A stretch of 63,706 nt of DNA, filler included, from Conidiobolus incongruus B7586 (Eukaryota), in the NCBI GenBank assembly GCA_000697335.1. It is 8 parts of 8 records of this genome, joined end to end, with 100 filler letters (N's around TTAATTAATTAA, not from the genome) between each part and the next. Parts side by side here need not be neighbours in the genome. Positions count along the whole stretch, not along the records: positions 46,488 to 60,019 come from JNEM01006064.1; positions 60,120 to 61,580 come from JNEM01006071.1; positions 61,681 to 63,706 come from JNEM01006089.1; 5 more parts are not named here. One strand, written 5' to 3'. The position numbers were made by a program, and so were the translations under genes. Each line of letters starts with the position of its first letter. The first letter of the stretch is position 1. The notes beneath the pieces were generated by a model. That model saw only the letters and a program-made list of their open reading frames with translations. It made no database searches and was not told where the DNA came from. Below are positions 50,996 through 63,706 of the stretch, piece by piece.

Positions 50996-53900
50996 TTATG
51001 TACTCTCCTTTTCTTTGGAGCTTGAATTCATTGTGACTGACTTATTGATAGCAGCCATGAGTTCATTAAATCTGAGGGGTTTGCTAACGTAGTCATCCAT
51101 GCCAGATGCTATACATTTCTCTCGATCCCCAATCATCGCATGAGCAGTCAAAGCAACAATCGGCGTCCTATGACCAGATTCAGTTCCCATTCTCGAATGT
51201 GCTGTGTCGCTTCAAAACCTCCCATGATTGGCATTTGAACATCCATCAAAATCAAGTCATATTTGTTATTTTTAACTGCCTCAACGGCTAACAATCCGTT
51301 AGAAACGATGGTAGCTTTATGTCCGAATTTTTCGAGGATTCTAACAGCCAATTTCTGATTGACAATATTATCTTCAGCTAGAAGAATGTTCAATGGTGCT
51401 TTCTTGGCTTTGGACGAATCTGAAGGAATAATAGAATAATTCTCCATAGCAGAATAAAGGGCATTGACAAGATCAGGGAATTGAACAGGTTGGTTAATAT
51501 ATGATGAGATCCCAAGCTCAATGGAAACCTTAATCACTAAAGGTGGCATATTAGGGGACATTAAAATAATTGGAACATAACGCAAACTAGAAATTTCTCT
51601 AAGTTTTTCAACTATTTCCAAATCATCTACAATAAGCATATCTGTACGAGGAACTTGGGGAGTTCCTTGAGCGGCAATTACACCTGCTTCTTCCATAGTA
51701 TGGACTACTACATAATGAAGTTGAAGGATTTCAAGCATATGAACTAGATCTGGTATATCATCGGATCGTTTAGTATCAACAACAACTACACCACGAGTTG
51801 AATATGGAGATAAGCGATTCAGGCTTGATCTACAGTAGTATTGGCCAAAGTACATTGGACAGTAAAATAAAATTGAGATCCTTTACCAAAAACACTATGT
51901 ACCCAAAGCTCACCACCCATCAGAACAACAAGTCGCTTAGAAATGGATAAGCCTAAACCTGTACCACCATATTTACGAGTGGTAGAACCATCGGCTTGTT
52001 GGAATGTATCAAAAATCAAATTGAGTTTTCCAGCGTCAATACCAATACCAGTGTCACTAACACAGAACAGCAAAGTGATTTTATCACCATGGATTTCTTT
52101 GGTTTGAGCTGTACAAACCACTCTTCCTTTAGTTGTAAATTTCACAGCATTTCCAATTAAGTTAGTAATCACTTGTCTTAATCTGAGAGGATCACCAATC
52201 AATTGATCGGGTATTGTGCCATCAAGATCATATATGAGATCAAGTTTCTTTTGATTAGCTTTGACTGATAAAGTCTTCAAGACGCCAAAAACAGCTGAGC
52301 GTAAAGAGAATGGGATCTGCTCCATTACTAACTTATTAGCTTCAATCTTAGAAATATCCAAAATATCATCAATAATCGTTAAGAGAGAATTGGCCATGGT
52401 TGATACAATCATAAGATTTTCTCTTTGTTGCCTTGTTAATTCAGTTTCAAGAGTTAAAGCGGTCATACCAATAATACCATTCATTGGAGTTCTAATTTCG
52501 TGAGACATATTGGCCAAGAATTCAGATTTAGCTCTATTAGCCAATTCAGCAGCTTCACGAGCCATTGTATTCTTTTGAATACTTTCTCTCAAAGTATACA
52601 CCATTTGATTAATCTTAGTTTTAAGCGAATCCATTTCACCTGAAGCTTCAACAGTAATAAAGCGAGTAAAATCACCATCAGTAGCAGCAGCAGAAATTTG
52701 TGCAAAAGCCCTGACTTGAGAAGTAAGATTAGCAGCCATAGTATTCACGTTATAGGTAATCTCTTTCCAAGTTCCTGATACATCCTTTACTTGGGCTTGC
52801 ACCCCAAGTTTACCTTCAGTTCCTACCTCTCGAGCAACACGAGTCACTTCAGAAGCAAACATTCTTAATTGGTCAACCATGGTATTGATAGTATTCTTAA
52901 GATCTAAAATTTCGCCTTCAACGTTAACAGTAATCTTCTTAGATAAATCACCAAATGCTACAGCTTTACAAACATTAGCAATATCTCTAACTTGAAGAGT
53001 AAGATTGGAAGCCATCGTATTCACATTGTCAGTTAATTCTTTCCAAGTGCCACCAACGTCTTTCACATATGCTTGTCCACCAAGTTTACCTTCTGTTCCT
53101 ACTTCTCGAGCAACACGAGTTACTTCTGAAGCAAACATACGTAGCTGATCAACCATAGAGTTAACCGTATTCTTTAACTCCAATATTTCTCCTTTAACAT
53201 TCACCGTGATTTTACGAGATAAATCACCACAAGCAACCGCAGTAGTTACTGCAGCAATGGAACGCACTTGACCCGTAAGATTAGCAGCCATAATATTTAC
53301 ATTATCTGTGAGATCTTTCCATGTACCACCAACGTCTTTGACTACAGCCTGACCTCCCAATTTACCTTCGGTTCCGACTTCAAGCGACACACGAGTAACT
53401 TCAGTGGCAAAGGTCTGTAACTGATCCACCATGGTATTTATTGTGTTTTTCAAATCCAGCATTTCACCTTTGACATTAACAGTGATCTTCTTCGAGAGAT
53501 CACCTCGAGCTACTGCTTTACTGACATTCGCAATATCCCTGACCTGGGCAGTCAAATTGGCAGCCATAGTGTTTACATTATCGGTTAATTCTTTCCAAGT
53601 ACCACCGACGTCTTTAACATGAGCTTGAACACCCAATTTACCTTCAGTACCCACTTGAAACGCCACCCTCGTTACTTCTGCAGCAAAAGTCCTAAGTCGG
53701 TCAACCATAGAATTGACGGTTGTTTTTAATAAATGTATCTCTCCCTTTACATCGACCGTAATCTTTTTAGACAAATCACCATCTGCCACAGCTGTGGTAA
53801 CCTCGGCAATTGATCGTACTTGACTTGTGAGATTGGCAGCCATAAGATTTACATTATCTGTAAGATCCTTCCATGTACCTGCTACATCTTTAACAACAGC

Positions 53901-55838
53901 TTGACCTCCGAGTTTTCCTTCTGTTCCTACTTCGAGTGAAACTCTGGTCACTTCAGTAGCAAAGGTCCTCAGTTGATCAACCATCGTATTAATAGTATTC
54001 TTCAAGTCTAAGATTTCACCCTTGACATTGACTGTTATCTTTTTAGAAAGATCTCCAGTTGCAACAGCTTTACTGACATTCGCGATATCCCTCACCTGTG
54101 CTGTAAGATTAGAGGCCATGGTATTTACACTATCTGTCAAAACTTTCCATGTTCCTCCAACTCCGTCGACTTCTGCTTGAGCACCAAGTTTACCTTCTGT
54201 ACCTACTTCATGTGCAACACGAGTAACTTCAGCTGCAAACATTCTTAGTTGGTCAACCATAGTATTAATGGTTACTTTGAGTTCTAGAATTTCACCCTGA
54301 ACAGAAACAGTCACTTTTTGAGAAAGATCACCACAGGCAACAGCTGTACAAACAGTAGCAATATCACGCACTTGAGCAGTCAAATTGGAAGCCATTAAAT
54401 TGACATTATTGGTCAAATCTTTCCAAGTACCACCTACATCTTTGACAATGGCTTGTCCCCCGAGTTTACCCTCGGTTCCTACCTCAAGTGATACACGAGT
54501 TACTTCAGTAGCAAAAGTTTGTAACTGGTCAACCATAGTGTTAATGGTATCTTTAAGGTCACGAATTTCACCTTTGACATCAACAGTGACTTTTTTGGAC
54601 AAATCGCCGCGAGCTACAGCTTTACTAACATCGGCAATATCACGTACTTGAGCAGTAAGATTAGAAGCCATCGTATTTACATTATCTGTTAACAATTTCC
54701 AAGTACCGCCGACACCTTCGACCTGAGCCTGTACACCTAACTTTCCCTCAGTACCGACTTCGTGAGCGACACGCGTAACTTCAGAAGCAAAAGAATTTAA
54801 TTGATCTACCATCGTATTCAGTGTATTCTTCAGGACCAGTGTCTCTCCTTTAACATTAATTGTAATTTTTTTGGTTAAATCTCCGTTAGCTACCGCTGTA
54901 CTGATTTCAGCAATAGCTCTGACTTGCTCTGAATGGTTAGAGGACATTAAATTGACATTGTCAACCATTTGGAGCCAAGCGCCATTTATATTCTCCACAT
55001 TCGCCAATAGGCCCAATTTCCCCTCAGCTCCTGTTTGATGGACAACATGATTGACCTCAGAGGTGAATCGCTCTAACTTGGAAACCATGGTGTTAAGACT
55101 ACGTTTTAAACCAGCCATGTGTCCCTCTGGAACGGGTGTTGTCACTCGTAAAGTCAAATCGCCATTTTCGACAGCTTGTACGACTTGAGTGCATTCACAT
55201 AAGAATTGATTCCATTCCGAAGGAGTATTGAGTGTGGAGTTCAATTTGGTACCCGTCGTGGTATGAAATGAATGGAATGGGTAGCTCTCTGTAGTTTCTG
55301 ATAATGGACATAACTGTTCCTTGGTGTTTGGATTGAAGATTTCTGCATGAAGTGGATTTTCCAATGGACCCGAGTCGGGCGATGATTGGACTAGGGGTGG
55401 AGGCGATCTTCCCAACTAATAATGCATCAAATTAAAGTTAATATCATTCAATGAATATTCAATAGTAGGAGAAAATAGAGAGAATCAGTCAAAAAGTATT
55501 TGATAATAAAAAGTATGACAATATTAATATAATAGCTTATATTGAATATTGGCATCCGGACAAATAGAAAAAAGTATTCTTTATGTGCAAGAGTTTGTTT
55601 TTTGACTAGTAAAAACCCATTGAATAAGGTGAAGTAGACTTATTACCTTCAAGTAGTTGTTTTCAATTTCTAATTCTTTAGTCTTTTGTATTAGTTGAAC
55701 TAGTAAACTATCTATTTGAGCAGTTTGACTATTCGCTTCTTTCCCTTGATAAATAATAGGGAATAGGGGAAAATCTGTTGGAGAATCACATGTATAGTGT
55801 CGCAACACTTGCCCAAGATGCTCGATATAATCAGTCAT
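50996..55838 (-). CDS. NIK1: Group III hybrid histidine kinase (poly-HAMP, HisKA, HATPase, degenerate receiver, intact receiver); intron 55416-55646; two 1-nt frameshifts (~51822, ~51185)
   Basis: Nine 92-aa GTEGKLG-type units, [38 protein letters not shown]...ILMDVQMP...SKP. The three ORFs join by +1 base each. Confidence 0.95.
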
Positions 55839-58800
55839 ATAATAAGAATTAGCTGATATGAGTAATGTAATTGAGAAAAGTTTGAATAGGTTGGTTGAAT
55901 AGAGTAATTTTAATTATTTTTTATAAGGAAACTTCAAATATACAAATAAAGAAATATAAAAAATAGGCAGAATAGTATACAAGAGGTATTAGTTTTGAGT
56001 TTAAAAAAGTTGATTAACAACAATGCATTAATGTGAGATATGTATCAAGCAATTTTAATTAATTGAAACAATCTGCAAAGAGAGTAAATTAAACTAATAG
56101 AAATTGAGAAAGATAGTTTCGAGTGAATGGTGAATGGGGCAATGCTCAGTATTTATATCAGTTTCAAAAGCTGACTTCTCTCTATGAATATAAAATCTTA
56201 ATTCTATTTATATGTTTTGATTATGGGTTAATATTCTGAATGAGGTTCAAAAGTCATCTTACTTCTTTTGATAGATCGCTTCCCCCCATTACCTTCCCCA
56301 TCTCGATCTCCCTATTAAGGAAATTCTTATTTGTACATGGATTAGGCAATCGACCTCAACCAACCATATCCACAGAACCTGATTCAGAAATGAATTAGTC
56401 AACTTTTGGTCCTAATATTATTAAAGAGAGAATCTGAGGGGATTAGGTGAAAAATTATGAATAATTGGGTAGTTGAGGTTAATCAAGCCTATATTAATCG
56501 AAAACTCTTAGCACCTGATGATCAAACAAGAGTTATTCAAAACAAATTACCAACTCAATAGGCTGGTCATCACCTTACAACTGTTTCATTTATTAATCAA
56601 TTTAAAACTCTGAAAAATATTATTATTTATATCCTTTTTTCTCCCAAATACCTATCCAAATCTTATTTTAATCGATTATGAGAATTTGAACTTGATAACA
56701 AATGATATTCTATTTATCTAATATTCTTTAGATTCAAAATAGTCACATTTTTAAACATTATTCGTCTATTTGATAGTTATTCAAGATGAGTTTATTTGAT
56801 TTGATCGATCTATAATTCAGAAAATGATCATAACATAGTCATATTAAGTGATGATGACCTGAGTATTATTGGATTATATTTCTATGGGTATTTGGTTTGT
56901 GAATTTTATTTAATTCTTCAAATTTTATGCCTGGTAAGGTAATTAAATTGATCACTTTGAGAATCTTGAGATGAATAGAATAAATTTTTACGCATTGTAA
57001 TAAAGAGCTAATTCACAGTTGATCTAATATATACAATCATATGATATTAATTAATAAAGTTTATCTAAAATATTTTATTAAATGTTTATTAGGTAGAACA
57101 ATTTTAAAAAATATTTAAAATTTAATTTTTATTCAATTAATAAATTTAATAATTTACACAAATATTACTAAAAAATTTTCAAAATTTTGATTTGTTTAAA
57201 AGGATGTAAATTCTGATCAAGGACAAATACAAATATGCAATCTCTCTTATTATAATGAACTTTATAAAAATTCCAATTTAATTCAAACTAAGCTTTATTT
57301 TGATCAAATACTATGATTGACTATTTGGAACTAACCAAAGTTATATCAAATGTTTATTCTAACTCATCACAATCCCTTAATTAAAAACTATTAAATCTTT
57401 TTATATCAGTTACAATTATGACATTATTTTTATGTAATCCTCCTAAGACTCAAATATTCCAACTTTTCTCAAATTATCAAAATCCAACAAAAAAAGTTGT
57501 GGATCAAATCAAATTATGATTGGTTAAAAATAAACATTGTCAATTTGGCTTATATTTGACACAGATTCAAATGATTTCAAATAGTTTAATTGGCTGAATA
57601 CTGAACTAGTATTTGTGTTAGTAATTAATCCAATCCTTAAATAAATTTCGAGAACTTACAGCTGACATATTTGTATATCACAATATTCAGGGTATATTGA
57701 TAATTTAGTAACTGTCTCACTAAATTAAGGTTAATTTTTATTGATTTGATTCATGATTTTAAAAATTTAATAAATATTGCTAATTTCTAGTGGCTATTTG
57801 ACTCATTACAATTTTGCTTAAAACAAAATTGATAGATTTTTCTTGAATTTTCAACATTAATATTTTGAACTTACCTATTAAATTAATGTTTACTTCAATT
57901 GTTGGTTAATTATTAAAAATTAACCTTATATAAATATTCCATTCTTCAAGCCCAAATATTAACGAAAGATGACATGAAATTGTGTCATATTCTGGAATCT
58001 TGGCTACTCGCTAATAATAGATCCATTATATCCATCTAAATGTTCCCAGTTTCATTTCACATTATTAAAAGAATTTTATCAAAAAATAATAAAGCAATAT
58101 AATAATAAATATAAAATATTTATAACAATTAATAATAAACATACGCTATTCAAAAATCAATAAACAAGTTTGGGTTTATTAATTAGTATTTCCTAGCAAA
58201 AAAATTATGTTTTAGTTGAAAACTACCCAATTACAAATAGAATCAAGTTTTTTTTAAAGGATTAATCCTGAATAATGATCGGGATTAATTATTTCAAATT
58301 AAAAATATATTCTATAGTTAATATTTTATTTAAATTTTAAACATAAATCATCAAAATAATTAGAAAATTTTTCCAAATATTAAATGTATATCCTTGAAAT
58401 AAACTAAATCTTGTTAGTACATTTAGAATCATTGAACGCTATTTATCAGATTTATAATAATGTATGTTTTATAACTTTATAATCAGCATTGGCAAATAAT
58501 ATGAGCTCTATGATTCATATTAAATTAATAAGAACTGCATATTTTCGAATGCTTTGCTTATTATTTAGTAATTGATCATTTTTCATATTGATATAGATGA
58601 TATTTGTAATCATCAAAATACTGACCTAGTTGATATTAAATCAACTATATGAACATGCAATATTCTACATATTCATTGTCCATTCATATTGTTTACTGGA
58701 ATTGCATTTATCTTTTATACAATGATTGGGTTATTTTGAATCGGTAATATCTGATATCTGGAAAATTCTTTATAAAATCAAAATAAACACCAATAGTGTT

Positions 58801-60149
58801 TCTGTGTTATCTTTGTAAATAGATTAATTGAACGATTATTTAAATATCGAGCCGCTTTATCCCTTCTTTTTAATTATAATATATGTATTGAATATTATAT
58901 TAATAGAGATTAATATATTTTTGTTATTTTAAATTCTTATAGTTAATTAACTAATTTGTTCTATTTTAGGTACTTAAAGAACCATTTTAACAAATTTATT
59001 CACCAAGTATTTTTTTTTTCATTCAACATGTTTAAGTTAATCCATTACTATTTTCATATACTATCTTTATTCCATATAATAAGATTTAATATTATTTATT
59101 AAATCTCTTAGCTTAGTTTATTGTAACATTTTCCTCAAAAATTTAATTGTTTTTCAATCAAACTACAGGAAATAATATGAAATATTAATAATTCAAAATA
59201 TACAATCACTAATTGTGAATATTAATACTAGTTCTATTAAATATCGATATACTCTTTCAAATATACTTGAGTCTAAACTTAATTAAAACTTATAATATAT
59301 AAATTGAAGAGTACTAATTAGTACTTGAATGAATTTCGAATTTTGAAAGATTTTGAATGTATTGTATATTTTACAGTATGATATTTAATATATATTATTC
59401 AAATTTATTTAGTCTTTAATTTAATACTTAAATCACAACCAATATTTATAATGATACATTGAGATATATTTTGATTAAATATCATTAATAGTTTTTATCT
59501 CTAATATAGAACTACCTCCTTTGATGTGCATTGGGTTTGAAGATCATAAATGAAGTGATGATTTTAAATATATCAATTTCTATATATTCTTTTGCTGAAT
59601 GAAATTATTGATTAACTAATAATAAATTCTGGTTGGTATAATAATAGTCATGTTGAATTAATTAATATTATATTATATCATTAGAATTACATAAATAATA
59701 AATCTTATATTGTTATTCAAATACAAAAATTATATAAAGATTTATTATTTTAATTAATTTTCAACTATTATATAATATCAACTATGAATAGAGATTAGAT
59801 TGAAAAGAAAATAATGACTTATTTTTTTTAAATTTTTCAAATATATTAATAATTTCAAATAATATTAAATATAAAATATATATTAAATTAATATTTTCAA
59901 ACTTTATTTATTTATAATAGTTTTTTTATTTAAAATTTCAAATAATTATTAATATATTTAAATAAATTAAAAAGTTATTAAGTCTTTAATTTTAATATTA
60001 TTGAAAATTATTTTTAATANNNNNNNNNNNNNNNNNNNNNNNNNNNNNNNNNNNNNNNNNNNNTTAATTAATTAANNNNNNNNNNNNNNNNNNNNNNNNN
60101 NNNNNNNNNNNNNNNNNNNGTCATAACATTTTAAATGTATGTAATATAG

Positions 60150-60652
60150 ATAGTATTGATGCCCTTCAGAAGATTCAAAAGAAGCGTGAACAGCACAACC
60201 GTGTTGAGCGTCGTCGTCGTTCTCTTATGAATCATTCTATAGATGAATTATGGGAGTTGATTCCCACAAAAGTTAAAGAAGGATCGAAATGTGCAAGAAG
60301 TAGCGTTATTAAAGTTGCCGTAGAATACATCAAACTTCTATCTGATCAAAATAATCAACTAAGGCAAGAGAATGATAATTTAAAAAGGCACCAAACTTTG
60401 CATCTTCCACCTCCTGAAGAGCCAGCTCATCCTTCTCCTACACTCTCTCCTCCATCCAGCTCTCTTCCTCCTCTTTTATCATGTAAGCCTCTAGCTGCTA
60501 ACCATTCCAATTCCCACAAAGATGTAGATGCTCCATACTGGCGTCTTCCAGAATTGAGTAGCATTCCAACTAATCCTGATCATAGCCATCATCCTCAGCC
60601 AATTGAGCCCACTTTTCACATTAAGCAAAGCTTTGGACCCTTTCCTTTTTGA
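60150..60652 (+). CDS. bHLH(-ZIP) transcription factor, terminal exon (5' missing)
   Basis: KKREQHNRVERRRRSLMNHSIDELWELIP...RSSVIKVAVEYIKLL followed by a zipper-like segment. H-E-R basic residues are typical of CACGTG binders. Confidence 0.88.
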
Positions 60653-61680
60653 TTAATATTTCTTTTGGTCATTGAAATTTGAATATTATCTATAGCAATT
60701 TTTGCTTATCTTGATAAATCGTATCTTTCCCTCTTTCTTGTCATCCTCATTTAAAGTTAATAAGTATATTAATTTGGATAATAAATTTTTATTTGTTTAT
60801 AATGTATTTGATTATCCTTATACTAATCAACTTTCACTCACTCTATTACTATTAATACTTTAAAACATATTTTTTCCAATTCTTACAAATAATAGATATT
60901 ATGGCAACAGATCATTTTCAGCATTCACTTTGTATTTATGATTCATTTTAAATACAACCATTAAATCATTAACATTTACTATTTCAAACCAAATATTTCA
61001 CTATTCTCAAATGCCTTATCAAAACAGTTACTTATTTTTGCCAATCAAACCATAAAATCTTTTTGCTTTATTAAAGGTTTGGTATTTTCAGATTAACAAT
61101 GGCTATATAAATTCAACCTAATAATTTATTCATTATAATTATATATATTTCTGATAATTAAATTTGTCTAGAGTTGATTATATTTGATTACCTTAGTTCA
61201 AGTTATATATAAAGTTTAGAAACCTTCAAAAATTAAACCTCAACACTAACCTTGTAAAATTAGTATAATTGATTATTAATTAATAAAGGAATATAATTTT
61301 AATAATATTAATGAATTGATTTATTTTTATAAGATTTTAAAGATATTTAAAACTAATTCAATTTAAGTGATAAATAAAGATATTTATAAATATTATATGA
61401 TTTGCTTAAATATTATTAAAAAAATAATCCTTTAAATTTTGAAATTATATTTATATATTTATTATTAATAAATTTATTGGTTTTTTATTATTTTAAATTC
61501 AAAAACCAAAAAATTAAAATTTAAATTTATAAACTTAAAAAAATTTTATACTTAAATTTGTAATATTATTAATAAATTTANNNNNNNNNNNNNNNNNNNN
61601 NNNNNNNNNNNNNNNNNNNNNNNNTTAATTAATTAANNNNNNNNNNNNNNNNNNNNNNNNNNNNNNNNNNNNNNNNNNNN

Positions 61681-63192
61681 GAGGCCTACAAGAAGCAGTT
61701 GGAAAAATGGCAAACTCAAGACAAAATTATCAAAGGATTCCAGGATTATAGTGGTAACTCTCTTATTGATTTTAGAATTACCTTGACAGATAGTCAAATG
61801 GCTGAAGCTGAAAAAGTCGGGCTATTGACTCGCTTTGGTTTGATTTCGCAAATGAGTACATCCAATATGGTTTGCTTTGATAGTGAAAGCCGCATCAAAA
61901 AATATGGCTCTCCGGAAGAGATTCTAGAAGAGTTTTATGAAATCCGACTCAAATATTATATCGAAAGAAAGAAACATTTATCGAGTTTATTGAAGACAGA
62001 TTTTGATAAGATAAGCGAAAAAGTCCGATTTATTCTCGAAGTTATTAAAGGAACTCTCAAGATCAATAATAGGAAGAAAAAGGATATTGTTAAAGATTTG
62101 AGAAATAAAAATTATCTTCCATTCCCTCCTGGTGGTCATGTAGTTAACGATGAAGAAGATAGCGATTCTGTTGAAAACTCTAAAGATTATGACTATTTAC
62201 TGAATATGCCAATCTACAATTTGACGCAGGAAAAAGTAGATAAACTACTTAAAGAAAAAGATAATACTCAAAAGGAGCTCGAATTACTTCTTTCAAGAAC
62301 TCCATATGATTTGTGGGAGATTGATCTTCAGAATATTGAAAAAGAATGGGAAAGAATTCTTGAGCTTGATAGAATTGAACAAGAATCCAGTACTTTGGGC
62401 GGATCAAATCGTAATAAGAAGGGTAAAGGTAAACGAACCAGTGCTGCAGCTAAACCTAACAAGCCAGATGATGACGGTGATTTCGATCCAAAACCTAGTG
62501 CCAAACGCAAGGCTACAAGTACATCCACTAAATCACTAAGTGGCCAGTCCACAATGGACCAATTTATTATAAAACCAGAAAAACCTGCAGAAAATGTCTT
62601 TGTTTTGGATTCCGACAAGGACGAAGATGATGTAGTCAAAATTATACGAAGTTCTCCAGAAAAATCAAGTGCCGTGAAAAAAGCAAAAGTTGATACTCAA
62701 GTCGCCAATACGGATGATTCTGATCCTCCCACTGCTAAGGTCTCGGATCCTTTTGCGCAATCTTCTGTATTTTCATGTGATTTCTTTGACAATGATGGAC
62801 CTGAAGCTTCTATCAATGCTTCAAACTTTAAGCAGGATTCAAAGAATGCTACTTCAATTACTAAATCATCTTCTAAATCCAAATCAATTATCATTGACCC
62901 TGAGCTATCTGACAATGATGACCCCAAAGCTTCCACCAGCGCTTCAAAACCTAAGCAGACTGGTAAGAAAACTACTTCAGCTGCTAAATCAACCACTAAA
63001 TCCAAAGCTAAAGTCATTGACTCTGATTTATCTGAAAATGACCAACCTCAAGTGTCATCTCCTGTGCAGCCTAGGTCTATGCCACGTAGAGGAACTGCTA
63101 CCAAGCGAAGCTATAAGGTTATTAGCTCAAGCGATGAAGAGAACGACGATACAGATGACTATTTCGATAACAATGATGATGATTTTGAGTGA
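61681..63192 (+). CDS. TOP2: DNA topoisomerase II, C-terminal part
   Basis: SNMVCFD...IKKY, RLKYYIERK, RFILEVI, YDYLLNMPIYNLT, LWEIDL, followed by a charged low-complexity tail. Confidence 0.95.
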   Translation, partial: EAYKKQLEKWQTQDKIIKGFQDYSGNSLIDFRITLTDSQMAEAEKVGLLTRFGLISQMSTSNMVCFDSESRIKKYGSPEEILEEFYEIRLKYYIERKKHLSSLLKTDFDKISEKVRFILEVIKGTLKINNRKKKDIVKDLRNKNYLPFPPGGHVVNDEEDSDSVENSKDYDYLLNMPIYNLTQEKVDKLLKEKDNTQKELELLLSRTPYDLWEIDLQNIEKEWERILELDRIEQESSTLGGSNRNKKGKGKRTSAAAKPNKPDDDGDFDPKPSAKRKATSTSTKSLSGQSTMDQFIIKPEKPAENVFVLDSDKDEDDVVKIIRSSPEKSSAVKKAKVDTQVANTDDSDPPTAKVSDPFAQSSVFSCDFFDNDGPEASINASNFKQDSKNATSITKSSSKSKSIIIDPELSDNDDPKASTSASKPKQTGKKTTSAAKSTTKSKAKVIDSDLSENDQPQVSSPVQPRSMPRRGTATKRSYKVISSSDEENDDTDDYFDNNDDDFE

Positions 63193-63465
63193 TTTTAATA
63201 TATACTATACTCTGGACTTTTTTTCAAGTTTCTATTGCTACAATTACTATCAACTGTTAACGTTCTCAAATAAGTAAATTTTAATTAGAATAAGTTTAAA
63301 ATTTAAATTTTTAATCATTTTAAATTATTTTATTCTAATTTTTTTATGCAATTCAAGTCTATATATTAATATTTAATAAAAAATTCACTTGGGCAAAATT
63401 TCTTCAAAACTACTTTATTATAACAAATAATTTAAAATGATATAAAATCTATAGTACTATTTGAT

Positions 63466-63706
63466 TTAATAAATTGGGAAATCTTTATCAACCTCATTGG
63501 TCCAACTCAAAAGCCCACCTTGAATATCTTTGATAACTCTGCTTTCTCCCTTTTCGTCGAGATAGCGCTTATATAGCTCAACAGCCAATTGACTGTCGTT
63601 ACCCAATCTACACAGAAAGTAGAATGGTTTACTGAGATCATGCTTGGTATGAAGGGTGTCAAGTTCTTTCTCCAATTGATTTAATGGAATACTAACGGAG
63701 TTTGGC
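63466..63706 (-). CDS. UBA4: Uba4/MOCS3 rhodanese domain, C-terminal end (runs off window)
   Basis: NSVSIPL, LCRLGNDSQLAV, DIQGGLLSWTNEVDKDFPIY. Confidence 0.92.
   Translation of the reverse strand, partial: PNSVSIPLNQLEKELDTLHTKHDLSKPFYFLCRLGNDSQLAVELYKRYLDEKGESRVIKDIQGGLLSWTNEVDKDFPIY

Noticed and set aside
50996..51855. Separate response-regulator genes, or a NIK1 pseudogene
   Set aside because: The ORFs fuse into a canonical hybrid kinase with one added base each, matching the window-wide deletion pattern.
59640..61580. Very AT-rich contig ends (59640-60019, 61100-61580) as further transposon relics
   Set aside because: Plausible, but I could not decode any protein motif or terminal repeat.

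Overview
AT-rich eukaryotic genomic DNA with short GT-AG introns, mostly about 50-60 nt. It is almost certainly fungal (group III HAMP histidine kinase). TMEM94 and SNAPC3 point to an early-diverging, possibly Zoopagomycota/Entomophthorales-like lineage; the lineage call is inference. The window is eight contigs joined by seven identical artificial 100-bp spacers (44N-TTAATTAATTAA-44N), so adjacency across spacers is not evidence. Host genes: ASA1-like WD40, SMYD methyltransferase, SNAPC3, VPS13 (3' part), an unassigned protein with at least 11 ~100-aa repeats, TMEM94, a secreted beta/gamma-crystallin-like protein, U2SURP, a Cid1-family nucleotidyltransferase, RasGEF (3' part), EAF3, NIK1/OS-1, a bHLH factor, TOP2 (3' part) and UBA4 (3' part). 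The main interest is the mobile DNA. (i) A near-intact Ty3/gypsy element carries a complete dUTPase between the Gag zinc knuckle and the protease. (ii) Several ORF-less AT-rich tracts decode as transposons riddled with C>T/G>A transitions (RIP-like): a second gypsy, a DD34D mariner and two Tc1 copies. (iii) Three solo LTRs have 4-bp NTAT target duplications, and two of them bracket the nucleotidyltransferase gene. Several conserved genes are broken by single-base losses, mostly in homopolymers, which looks like consensus error.
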